This document shows, one piece after another, positions 12,647-24,970 of a stretch of DNA of 64,000 nt (positions are counted from its first letter, which is position 1; the number at the start of each line of letters is the position of its first letter). The position numbers were made by a program, and so were the translations under genes. The DNA comes from Nemertoderma westbladi (lineage: Eukaryota > Animalia > Xenacoelomorpha), in the NCBI GenBank assembly GCA_032718475.1, contig JAUCBJ010000844.1, forward strand, positions 52,796 through 116,795, written 5' to 3'. Below the pieces are notes generated by a model that made no database searches, was not told the DNA's origin, and saw only the letters and a list, made by a program, of their open reading frames with translations.

Positions 12647-13189
12647 CTATGTGGATAAATAACAGATTTATTAGTTACAAAAGCTTCAAATGAATTTCAC
12701 AATGTAGTGTATTACCAACTAGTTACGCACTATATAACAATAATATTCTCCTTAAAATTATACAAACATAGGTTGGATGAAAAATAAACTGCGACCAAGT
12801 TAAGTTGCTCAAAATAAAGTTTCTACTTGCTGACCAAGTGGTAATATTGAGACCATCGTTAGTGAAAAAGTAAACAAGACTGAATATTTAACAAATTATT
12901 CCAGCTGTACTCCAGGAAAAACATGGACAACCATGTTTAACCAAAAGGGCCTAAAACCTCGGTTATAAACAAATTTACTTCGTTTAATAAAAAACATGTA
13001 ACAAAACGAGCTTAATATATTAATACGTTAATAGATAACAATTATTTAATTAAAATTACATGAAAAAATACAAATCATTACACACATCTATGGAAAGCAT
13101 GTAAACAATAAAACAATCGAGAACCGATTCAACTCCGTTCAGTAATGCAAACTCCTTATGAACATGAGTTGTACCAAAACATCCAACAG

Positions 13190-15955
13190 CAATACTTTAA
13201 CATGCACCCATGCACTGATATTTACTACCGGTACCTCTTGAGTTATTATATACTAGAACACTGTTGTTGTAGTCGACTATCCCAATACTTTAACATGCAC
13301 CCATGCACTGATATTAACTACCGGTAGCTCTTGAGTTATTATATACTAGAGCACTGTTGTTGTAGTCGACTATCCCAATACTTTAACATGCACCCATGCA
13401 CTGATATTAACTACCGGTACCTCTTGAGTTATTATATACTAGATCACTGTTGTTGTCGTCGACTATCCCAGAGACAGGTTTTGAACTTCGTTGGGTTCTG
13501 TGTAAAAATGTAAACACTGGACTTCCTCAGAAATTATGTAATAAGGGGTTTCCCGGGGCGTAGAATCCATTTTTCCGGGTCTCGAAAGTTGATTTCGCCT
13601 AGCAGTTGCTGATTTTTGAAGAAATGTTGCATGTCTCAAATTTGGCATCGATTCCCTAATGTGAGACAAGAAATTCAATTGTAATTTTTTTTAATAACTA
13701 ACATGAAATAACCTCATAAATATTACGGAGAATCTTGTTAGGTTCTTACAGCCTTTATTTGAGACAAAAGATCTGTAATTATTTGGCTATAGGAGCCCCT
13801 TGAAGTTGATATTGAATTTGTCTCACGTTTGGGTCCATGTCTCAAATTAGGCAGAATGACTGTACTATATATGATTTAAGCTTGATGTAACTGATACATT
13901 CAGTAGGCCTACCGGTACTGTAGTGTGACTTTCGGAAAGAAGTCAGATGCAATTATAATGTATGTGTATAGGGGGCCTATGGTTTCTATACTTCAGATAC
14001 TTAGATACAAAGGCCTAGCCTACATTTGTCTCTTGTTATGGTTATAATTTCCTTGTCTCAAATTAGGGGAAATTCATGGAAACCGATACCATATTAAAGA
14101 CAGTAGTCAAATGTAAAACTATGAAATCTTTACCACATAAAAATAGTTTTATATAAAAATATAGCCTTTTTACTATAAAATGTCATAATTTCGAGAATCA
14201 GGTCAAAGTGGAATGCAAAAATCTCATATCGATTTTAAAACCTTAAAATTTATGAAAAAAAGCTTCGATTTTTGACGGGCCGCTAGAATATTATAAGTAT
14301 ATCCAATCCGGTTGAATTATACCTAACGATGTACAGGAATGGTTACAGATCATTATTCGAATTAGTTTTAAGTAGGTTTCTGTAATTATTTGGCTATAGG
14401 AGCCCCTTGAAGTTGATATTGAATTTGTCTCACGTTTGGGTCCATGTCTCAAATTAGGCAGAATGACTGTACTAGAACACTGTTGTTGTAGTCGACTATC
14501 CCAATACTTTAACATGCACCCATGCACTGATATTAACTACCGGTACCTCTTGAGTTATTATATACTAGAACACTGTTGTTGTAGTCGACTATCCCAATAC
14601 TTTAACATGCACCCATGCACTGATATTAACTACCGGTACCTCTTGAGTTATTATATACTAGAACACTGTTGTTGTAGTCGACTATCCCAATACTTTAACA
14701 TGCACCCATGCACTGATATTAACTACCGGTACCTCTTGAGTTATTATATACTAGAACACTGTTGTTGTAGTCGACTATCCCAATACTTTAACATGCACCC
14801 ATGCACTGATATTAACTACCGGTACCTCTTGAGTTATTATATACTAGAACACTGTTGTTGTAGTCGACTATCCCAATACTGCTACCACTGTTGTTGTAGT
14901 CGACTATCCCAATACTTTAACATGCACCCATGCACTGATATTAACTACCGGTACCTCTTGAGTTATTATATACTAGAACACTGTTGTTGTAGTCGACTAT
15001 CCCAATACTTTAACATGCACCCATGCACTGATATTAACTACCGGTACCTCTTGAGTTATTATATACTAGAACACTGTTGTTGTAGTCGACTATCCCAATA
15101 CTTTAACATGCACCCATGCACTGATATTAACTACCGGTACCTCTTGAGTTATTATATACTAGAACACTGTTGTTGTAGTCGACTATCCCAATACTTTAAC
15201 ATGCACCCATGCACTGATATTAACTACCGGTACCTCTTGAGTTATTATATACTAGAACACTGTTGTTGTAGTCGACTATCCCAATACTTTAACATGCACC
15301 CATGCACTGATATTAACTACCGGTACCTCTTGAGTTATTATATACTAGAACACTGTTGTTGTAGTCGACTATCCCAATACTTTAACATGCACCCATGCAC
15401 TGATATTAACTACCGGTACCTCTTGAGTTATTATATACTAGAATACTGTTGTTGTAGTCGACTATCCCAATACTGCTACCACTGTTGTTGTAGTCGACTA
15501 TCCCAATACTTTAACATGCACCCATGCACTGATATTAACTACCGGTACCTCTTGAGTTATTATATACTAGAACACTGCTGTTGTAGTCGACTGTCCCAAT
15601 ACTGCTACCACTGTTGTTGTAGTCGACTATCCCAATACTTTAACATGCACCCATGCACTGATATTAACTACCGGTACCTCTTGAGTTATTATATACTAGA
15701 ATACTGTTGTTGTAGTCGACTATCCCAATACTGCTACCACTGTTGTTGTAGTCGACTATCCCAATACTTTAACATGCACCCATGCACTAATATTAACTAC
15801 CGGTACCTCTTGAGTTATTATATACTAGAACACTGTTGTTGTAGTCGACTATCCCAATACTTTAACATGCACCCATGCACTGATATTAACTACCGGTACC
15901 TCTTGAGTTATTATATACTAGAACACTGCTGTTGTAGTCGACTATCCCAATACTG
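13190..15955. repeat. 93-bp minisatellite (about 3 + about 15 copies, some with a 30-nt extra sub-unit), split by a 1-kb insertion
   Basis: 31-aa periodicity in ORF 14436..16211; both array ends carry the microhomology caatact. Confidence 0.95.
13471..14470. mobile_element. DNA-transposon-derived insertion in the 93-bp array, with two copies of a Tc1/mariner-like end
   Basis: About 95-bp direct repeat at 13773-13867 and 14380-14474, ending GGCAGAATGACTG-TA (reverse TA-CAGTCATT...); repeated TGTCTCAAA motifs. Confidence 0.6.
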
Positions 15956-17736
15956 CTACCACGACTATCGATACTTAACCGACGACCAAGCGCTGATCTG
16001 GCTGGTGACCTCAACGTTTGGCTGGATTTCTCAGATGAATATATTTTTGAACGATAATTCTCATTATCCAACTCTTCTGCGATTAAACCACGAGCATTGG
16101 TTGAGGTCGAGGTTAGCCAATAGACAGGATATATGTTTAGTTTATCTAGTTCAGTCGCGTTGGCAACAGGGGTTGAACCTGTGGGTGAACTTCTTGAACT
16201 ACGGAATCTGAAAATATAATACCATCAAATTTAACACCGCGTTACAACATAATTGTTTTAAAAGAAATACACCCCATGCGGGGTAATTGAATTATATTTC
16301 TTAAAAGTTCGCTAAAAACTATTACAGAATTTCAAAAAATAGAAAAAAAAATTTCGCACTCTGCGATATACAAAGTGTTAACAAAATACAATAGAATATT
16401 AATAGAATAAATGGCCTACAGTGAACAATAATTCTTGCGATCTTTGAACGCCTATATCTCAGTTGTTTCTCAATGAAATTCAGATATTGTTACATATTTG
16501 GAATCCTTGTAACGAAAGCTTTTTAATTATATGAAACAATTACGACAAATATGAAGAATGGCCATGATACGGAGGGTGCGATATCGCAAGACACTTTTTT
16601 AAAACGCTTATAAAAAAATAAAATTTAAAGGCAAAATCTAAAATTCCGGCTTCATCGGGTCATCGACGGTGAGTGGAACTAGTGGTGTTTCAAATTTCAA
16701 GCAATATGATACAGATTTGTAGAAAAATTTGGGGGGGGGGGGGGGGTCCGTGTCATCAGAAAATGACACTATATTACAGTTCATGGTTTATTACAATAAT
16801 ATTTGGTCTTCATATTATATATTTTTAACTATGGGAAAAAATTATAATAACTTATTATTCAGAAGCTTTGTAACAAAATAATATTGAAATACTATATAAA
16901 CTTACTCTTTCCGACGGGTATTTGCTTTGGAGCTGTGGAACCTAGCACGATGAACACACGGTTTAATCAACCCGGATTGGTTTCTATCGAAATACGCATC
17001 ACATATAACACAGGGTACCGAGGTACCTTTAGTGGCCTCAATATTAACGGTTTCTTCACCACGCATTGGGTTATCCTTTGAAAACTTTCTCTTCAATTCA
17101 ATTTTAAGTATTTCCAACTCTTTTATATTGATAAAAGTTTTCGCTTGATGAATTATTTTCTCTAGACCTTCGACAAATATATTACAGTCACACAATCCAG
17201 TGCCAACATCTCCAGAATGTATCACACGAGAGTTCCATATGAATTCCCTTAAGAAATCCACTTCTTTATCGACTGTACATATCTTACTGGTGTATTTAGA
17301 TACTCCATAAAACTTCACACCCATTTTCTTTACCCCAGGTTTCCTATCAGCCCTTTTATAATCGTCGTTTTCTCTATTAACCTGATTTTTATCTTCATTA
17401 GATAAAGACTTCACTGCAAATATAGCTTCTGTGGTTTCAATACTGTTGAGAAATACAGGCCTTGAATATTCGGTATTATCATTGTTAACATCATTACAAA
17501 AGTTAGAGGTTTTTTGTGAATGAATGTGGGAGCTTTTAGGATGCATTACTTCTGTATATTTTGGAGTAGATCTCTGTTTCTGCTGGTTGTTTGTGTAGTT
17601 GTATATAAGTAGGTAGGCCTCTTCCACGGTACACTTAGTAACCCGGGAGTAGAGCAGGGCCAGTCTGATGTTGTCCAGGACAGTTCTTCTGAAGGAGCCG
17701 ATTTCCTTTAAGAAACACGACGGGCAGACGTAAAAA
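15900..17736 (-). CDS. Putative upstream coding exons 16906-17736, 16179-16207 and 15900-16076, possibly the 5' part of the ZnF gene; includes a degenerate RING-like stretch
   Basis: 831-nt open exon with tttcag acceptor and GTAAGT donor. Its phase 2 matches the ttttcag acceptor at 16208. The later junctions rely on weak donors (GTTCAA, GTACCG) but keep phase 1 into exon 12646. Confidence 0.5.
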
Positions 17737-17889
17737 CTGAAAGAAAGTTTGGTTGGAAACTTCGTCAAAAATATATTAGTATGACTAATGGTATTAAACA
17801 ATACCAATAAATGTATGTATCATGTGTGACAATACAAACTCAATGCTAAGCCAGGCCCTTTAAGTCACACAACTATATAGCCCGCAACA

Positions 17890-18682
17890 ACAACTTTATA
17901 GTCCGGTCTCACAACTTTATAGTCCGGTCTCACAACTTTATAGTCCGGTCTCACAACTTTATAGTCCGGTCTCACAACTTTATAGTCCGGTCTCACAACT
18001 TTATAGTTCGGTCTCACAACTTTATAGTCCGGTCTCACAACTTTATAGTCCGGTCTCACAACTTTATAGTCCGGTCTCACAACTTTATAGTCCGGTCTCA
18101 CAACTTTATAGTCCGGTCTCAAAACTTTATAGTCCGGTCTCACAACTTTATAGTCCGGTCTCACAACTTTATAGTCCGGTCTCACAACTTTATAGTCCGG
18201 TCTCAAAACTTTATAGTCCGGTCTCACAACTTTATAGTCCGGTCTCACAACTTTATAGTCCGGTCTCACAACTTTATAGTCCGGTCTCACAACTTTATAG
18301 TCCGGTCTCACAACGTTATAGTCCGGTCTCAAAACTTTATAGTCCGGTCTCACAACTTTATAGTCCGGTCTCAAAACTTTATAGTCCGGTCTCACAACTC
18401 TATAGTCCGGTCTCACAACTTTATAGTCCGGTCTCACAACTTTATAGTCCGGTCTCACAACTTTATAGTCCGGTCTCACAACTTTATAGTCCGGTCTCAC
18501 AACTTTATAGTCCGGTCTCACAACTTTATAGTCCGGTCTCACAACTTTATAGTCCGGTCTCACAACTTTATAGTCCGGTCTCACAACTTTATAGTCCGGT
18601 CACACAACTTTATAGTCCGGTCTCACAACTTTATAGTCCGGTCTCACAACTTTATAGTCCGGTCTCACAACTTTGTAGTCCC
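17890..18682. repeat. 21-bp minisatellite, about 38 copies (ctttatagtccggtctcacaa)
   Basis: Direct tandem repeat; it produces the spurious RPDYKVV ORF. Confidence 0.97.
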
Positions 18683-18806
18683 GTAATCAAATTTATGTGA
18701 TATAAAACAAAGTGCTACTTTATTCTATTTTATTAATAATTATAGGTAAAGTAAACAACAGTAGATCACAATAACGGATAACTATGAAGGTGTGTATTTC
18801 ATACCG

Positions 18807-18960
18807 TATTTGGTTGATATATGATACAGTAAGACGACTGAAGCCTCCCAAATCGCTGCTATTACTGGTAATCTTTCGCGCCACACCTTGCTGTTTGCCA
18901 ATACTATGGTGACACAGGAAGGTCGGCTTACCACAATAGTGACACTTAGCTTTGCTGGAA
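18807..18960 (-). CDS. Putative exon (KAKCHYCGKPTFLCHHSIGKQQGVARKITSNSSDLGGFSRLTVSYINQIR); 5' boundary uncertain
   Basis: Open frame; the CG|GTATGA donor is phase 2 and joins AG|T TTT TAC GTC TGC at 17736. Confidence 0.45.
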
Positions 18961-19400
18961 TCCCAAACTTTTGCAGCAATAAATTAAAAATGTACCTTAG
19001 ATAATTAATTAACACAAATACAATAACAACATTGATATTTCCGATATTATGGATCGCCCTCCTCCTTACATGTAAGGAGGATACATAATGGCGAGTGAAG
19101 CGAGGAGGTCAAGTTTTAAACAATTTCATTTCATAACACAATCGGTATATTAAATTTTCCCTGACATTTAAATAATAAATTAAATTCGTTGATTATATTC
19201 CAGCGTGACAACACTGGATGAGTGACGTGGCGAAATTAAAATATATTCGATTCGAATCATCGGGTTTCAGACAAAAGATGTCGACAAACGGATGAGAATT
19301 CGTAAATGGGAACACAAAATATATAACAGTTCTTCGATTCATAATTAATGGGATTATAAGAATATAATTATTTTTTCCAGTTGACGCTATTTGAATTCAA

Positions 19401-21052
19401 TTATTTCAACTTACTTTTTGGCTTTGGCTCCTCTGGTTTTGGTTTGTACTGCCAGAATTCGAAGGGATTCGGTTTGGATTTCTTGCCGCCCTTCGCCGCG
19501 TCGCTAAGAGCTCCGCCCCCCAGTCTCATCATGTGCTCGATGAACCGCAGACAGCCGCACCACTCCTCGTGGGGTTCGGCGGGGCAGTGGGGGAGATGAC
19601 GGGGAATAATCACCTCGCGTTCTGAGAAACGGACGGAGTTAATGAACGAGAAGTAGGGATTACTGTCCGGGATCTAAAACAAATAATGTTGAGACTTATT
19701 GGCGATAATCAAAATCTTTTATAGGTCTGGTGTTTGTTATTGTTAAAAAATATTGTACGCGGGACCTATCCAAGCTAATATAGCTTACTTTACTGTTGCC
19801 CGCGGTTTTACAGTAACAAATAATCCTATAGCACTAATGGACACACACCTCATCGGGAATCCAAGCTTTCATTGCTTTTATCCACCTGGGTTTATCGAAT
19901 ATCTCCACACAAACAGTATGACTGGTGTCTCCCCATTTAACTTTTGGTAGAATCCGTAATTCCGGTAGAATTATCCCAAGCTCTTGATGGTCTACCCTCC
20001 TGTAAGATAAGAAACCAATTCCGGTTAGATTCTAGGGTCGATAACATTTATTATCTGATGATATGGACCCGTTGGTAAAACCGACGACAACCGGCAACCG
20101 ACAAACTTAGCCACCATTTTAACAATAAACTAACTGATTGACATGGGAGTGCGGTTGAACGGGGGGTAATGATGTTGTTCCTCTATCCGGTTCCGTTCCA
20201 TATCCCTTCTCAGTAATGCGTTCCCTTTCTCCATCCTATAAATATAAATAAACAGACAACTTGTATATTATATATACAGTAGACCCTAATACCGCTTCAA
20301 CATATCAACATTATTATACAGTCAGATAGGAATCAGTTTCAGAGTTTTTTTTTCTAAGTTCGGCCCGGAGATACTTAGTCCATTCCGAAGTTACTATCTC
20401 AGGCCCGGGTGTTCAGCTATTGGACTTCTTAGATAATTTTTACTAGTATTGTGTTGAAAACAAACCCCACAGGTATGTAAATATGTAGAGCAATAATGTA
20501 ATGGTGGCAGTCAGCTGATCGGCTGGTCAGTCAGCTGGTCGGTTTCGCGCCGTTGTTGGTCAGTATGGGATGTCATTATTATCAAGAGTACAAGATGACA
20601 ATAGATAGACAAGTCCCAAAATGGGGGTGGGGGGGGGGGGGGGGGTGGGGGTAGACCTAATAACTGGGAAGCTGCAGCAAAAATATGGACCGCTATGTAT
20701 TGATTGGATGCGACGTGTTTCCTGTTGGTTCTATATTTTGCTCTACTTACTGGTCTAACTAACAACAGAGTTTATTTAATTCGCTCGCTTGGAAGTTCAC
20801 TATAATAACAGTAAAAATTGCTTTATTTGATTTTATTTCAATCTTTAAGCGAAGTTTAATTTCAACTGTGATATAGAAAAAAATAAATACCGACATCTTG
20901 GCGTCACTTCCATCACAGATTTACAATATTCGTTTCCTAAACCAGAATCGAAATAAACCAACTTACTTGTTTGAGAACAAATTCTCTGTTTGATCTGTAA
21001 GTTCCCGACAATCTCGGGAACTTCAGAGATTTAGTTTCTTCAATGGCGACAT
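19401..21052 (-). CDS. 3' exons of a gene of unknown function: 20967-21052, 20135-20235, 19849-19999, 19401-19673
   Basis: Canonical AG/GT boundaries with compatible phases (0, 2, 0) give VAIEETKSLKFPRLSG...KQ/DGERERITEKG...VNQ/RVDHQELGIILPELRILPKVKWG...WIPDE/IPDSNPYFSF...CPAEPHEEWCGCLRFIEHMMRL...KSKLK*. The upstream exons are not resolved. Confidence 0.7.
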
Positions 21053-22659
21053 CTAAACGGAATGTTAGATCTCGAAACGGCCCAGAACTCATTATTATTG
21101 TTAAAGTAATACAATTTTAAACGCATTTAAATTATTATAACAATGTGATAACATTTAACGATAACTTAGTAACCACGGACAGTCTGATACATTCTGATAT
21201 CATGTCGCCTCTGGCACCAGGTTACTAGCCCTACGAGTAGTGGTGTTATGTGTTGGAAAGTTGTCAAAGTTATCGAAATGTTTGGTTCACCCAGTATATC
21301 AGTTTACTGTAGTTATAAGAGTTAGTAACGCCATTTACGTTTATTTCCAGACAAAATAAAGCGGAAATATAATTGGAACCCCGTCCCCGGTCATTAACTG
21401 TGGTGGTGGGTGGAGGTGGGCGGGGGGGGGGGGGGGGGGGGGGGTAGACGCAAAGCTAATTAATATCGCGTATCAATGTAAATCATCAATATTTAGGGAA
21501 AGGAGCAGGTTAAAGCAGCACCTTATTTTAACCAGAACAGTAAACCAAAGTCAATAAAACAGGTTACAGTTTGTATACATGGATTTTATCCTTTTATCCA
21601 TTTTATGAATTTTGATTTCGTCGAAAGACTTCCAACTGAGTAAAACTGATGTGATGACAAAAATTTATCAAGTTCTAATTAAATTAGTCATGCTAGTGTA
21701 GGGTGTGCTTGGATTGAGTGAACTAATTAAATTCGCCTTTGAACCATTAATCCCGGCTACGGAGGACTAATTAATTCTAATTCTACTAATTAATTATAAA
21801 CTTACTTCTCTAAGTAGTCCATACTTTCTCTGAAGACAAATAATAGTATCCGTGGCCATTATGTATATAACCCATATATTGTATCAGTTTAATCTATAAT
21901 GGGATATCTTTGTTGATATTCTATCTACAGAACAGGAAAGAAGAGACGGAAAAAAGTAGGCCTACAACACAATAAATTACATAGTTCTAAATTATTAATA
22001 AATCAAACTATATGGAAAAACTACTTTAATTATTACCGGTAATTTACTTGCACTGCTACATTTCCAACAATAACGTAAAGTTACAACAGCGTTGAGAGAA
22101 AAAATTCAATTATTACCTGTACAAGACCAACACGTGAAGATTAATGATCTCATTTTGTATATAATATTGAATAAGCAAAAGGCTTCTAATAGTCGAGTTT
22201 ATGTATACCGGTATGTATCCCAGCAACCGAGACACATCCACTGCACTATTAATATTATATATCCTATTTATTGTTGTTGATTATCGATTTAAGTATTTGG
22301 AGCTATCCACTCAATCGGGGTATGGCAGCAGGTGATTCTACTGTCTGTACCTGATTAGTAAGGCTGATGATAATGGTAGATTATCTCGCGATAAATAACC
22401 TCCTTAATGTGACTCAGCAAGGCGTTCTTGGGTACTAGACCATTACTGTAGGGCTACACATGGAGTTGTGGCAACAGTTTTTTGATTCGACGTGATCTAC
22501 GTTTACTTTTAAAAGGCATTAGACGAGTTAGATCCCGTAGATCACGCAGTCCCCTCCCCAGTTTATGAGTGTGGCTTCAAACTTTCTAACAAACATTTCC
22601 AGAAACTTGTTTGGAGCTCATTCACCCCATTATTGTGGACATGTATAGGTACATAAGAG

Positions 22660-23840
22660 AGTCCCTGAAGTACTGAAAACAAATATGTTGGTCGCCAGCC
22701 CCAAAGAAGGGCAACCTAACAACCTATGGATCATTTCGTGGAGTCTCGATTGCTGCAAAACCAATAGAATTATATTAAATAGCATCAGGGATCCCATTGA
22801 GAGACTGCAATGCGAAAATCAGAATGGGTCCCTTAAAGGTAGTGGGACCATGGAGCACTACGGAAATTATTGCAGCTATCAGATCACTGTACGATGGTTC
22901 CACCACGTTTGTGTGTCTTCTGCTGATGGTGACACAGATCCATTCGAAGTCTTATGGGGATTCCTCCAGGGAGACACACTTACATCATTCGTATTCGTAA
23001 TTGTGGTTCATTATGTTTTACACATGTCCGTCCGTAGACCATCAGAATCACTAGAGGGAGCCCAAAGGCTACTCTGCTCATTGGAGACGGTTGCTTCTAG
23101 TGTTGGTCTTTTTATTAACTCCAAAAAGACCAAAATTTTGACAGTTAACTTTGAAAGTCCTCAGCAAGTCTTTGACCGGATGAGCATATAAGCTCAAAGG
23201 ATGGTATGCTTGAGCATGTGGACGACTTCTGTTACCTGGGATCATGGATCCGGAAGTCAGGTGAGGACCTTCGAATACGTAAGGGAAAGGCATGGGCAGC
23301 CTTGAATAGGCTTTCCAGGATTTGGAAGTCACCTAGAATTCATCGGAAACTTAAGGTCCGATTATTTAGAGCAGCAGTAGTTCCAGTACTCCTCTACGGG
23401 AGTCCATGCTGGGCTCTAACTGCTGAGGACACCAGATCTCTGGATGGCACATTCACAAGAATGCTACGCCGGGTTCATTGTGTCAAGTACAATGCACACA
23501 TCTCCAACCAGACACTATATAACATTGGAGGTGTCTCATTGGTTCCCCCAAGCTTGACACTAGAACAAAATCGCCTCCGCTTTGCAGGACATTGCTTTCG
23601 CCGTGAGGACCAGCCAGTGCATAATCTTGTACTTTGGCAGCCTCATGGAGTGAATAAGCATGGTGGACAGCCCATGACTTTCTTGAGACGCATCTTAAAG
23701 GACACTGGCCTTAAAGATGCGGATGATCTAGCAAATGTCATGGGTGATAGGGAGTTGTGGCGGTGCAATTTTGTTGACAAGCCGGCACAGCATTCTTAAA
23801 AATGCAGCTGCAATGCAGCATGCCGATCCTAGTAGTAGTA
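22660..23840 (+). mobile_element. RTE-clade LINE fragment, internally deleted, with 3' (TAG)n tail
   Basis: QGDTL, LEHVDDFCYLGSWI, VLLYGSPCWALT and RLRFAGHCFR motifs. The 3' 800 bp are nearly identical to 47780-48574. Confidence 0.92.
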
Positions 23841-23842
23841 GT

Positions 23843-24970
23843 CCGTCCCACCCCTACTGTCCCATCCATACGGTCCCACCCCCACAACCAACAACCCCTA
23901 CAAGCTACAACACACCCTAAACCGTCCCACCCCTACTGTCCCATCCATACGGTCCCACCCCCACAACCAACAACCCCTACAAGCTACAACACACCCTAAA
24001 CCGTCCCACACATACTGTCCCACCCCACAACCCACCCTTCCGTCCCACCCCTACTGTCCCACCCCTACTGTCCCATCCATACGGTCCCACCCCCACAACC
24101 AACAACCCCTACAAGCTACAACACACCCTAAACCGTCCCACCCCTACTGTCCCATCCATACGGTCCCACCCCCACAATCAACAACCCCTACAAGCTACAA
24201 CCCACCCCTACTGTCCCACCCCTACTGTCCCATCCATACGGTCCCACCCCCACAACCAACAACCCCTACAAGCTACAACACACCCTAAACCGTCCCACCC
24301 CTACTGTCCCATCCATACGGTCCCACCCCCACAACCAACAACCCCTACAAGCTACAACACACCCTAAACCGTCCCACACATACTGTCCCACCCTACAACC
24401 CACCCTTCCGTCCCACCCCTACTGTCCCACCCCTACTGTCCCATCCATACGGTCCCACCCCCACAATCAACAACCCCTACAAGCTACAACACACCCTAAA
24501 CCGTCCCACCCCTACTGTCCCATCCATACGGTCCCACCCCTACAACCAACAACCCCTACAAGCTACAACACACCCTAAACCGTCCCACACATACTGTCCC
24601 ACCCCACAACCCACCCTTCCGTCCCACCCCTACTGTCCCACCCCTACTGTCCCACCCCTACTGTCCCATCCATACGGTCCCACCCCCACAACCAACAACC
24701 CCTACAAGCTACAACACACCCTAAACCGTCCCACCCCTACTGTCCCATCCATACGGTCCCACCCCTACAAGCTACAACACACCCTAAACCGTCCCACCCC
24801 TACTGTCCCACCCATACTGTCCCACCCCACAACCCACCCTTCCGTCCCACCCATACGGTCCCACCCCCCCAACCAACAACCCCTGCAAGCTACAACCCAC
24901 CCAAAACCGTCCCACCCCAGAACCCACCCTTCCGTCCCTCCCCTACTGTCCCACCCATACTGTCCTTGCA
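23843..24970. repeat. Compound C-rich minisatellite (79-bp unit plus about 15-bp ccctactgtcccacc sub-units)
   Basis: Units start at 23843, 23922 and 24001; extreme C/A skew. Confidence 0.93.

Noticed and set aside
14436-18584. Cys-rich 591-aa ORF and RPDYKVV 239-aa ORF
   Set aside because: Periodic translations of the 93-bp and 21-bp arrays, with no real start context or domain.
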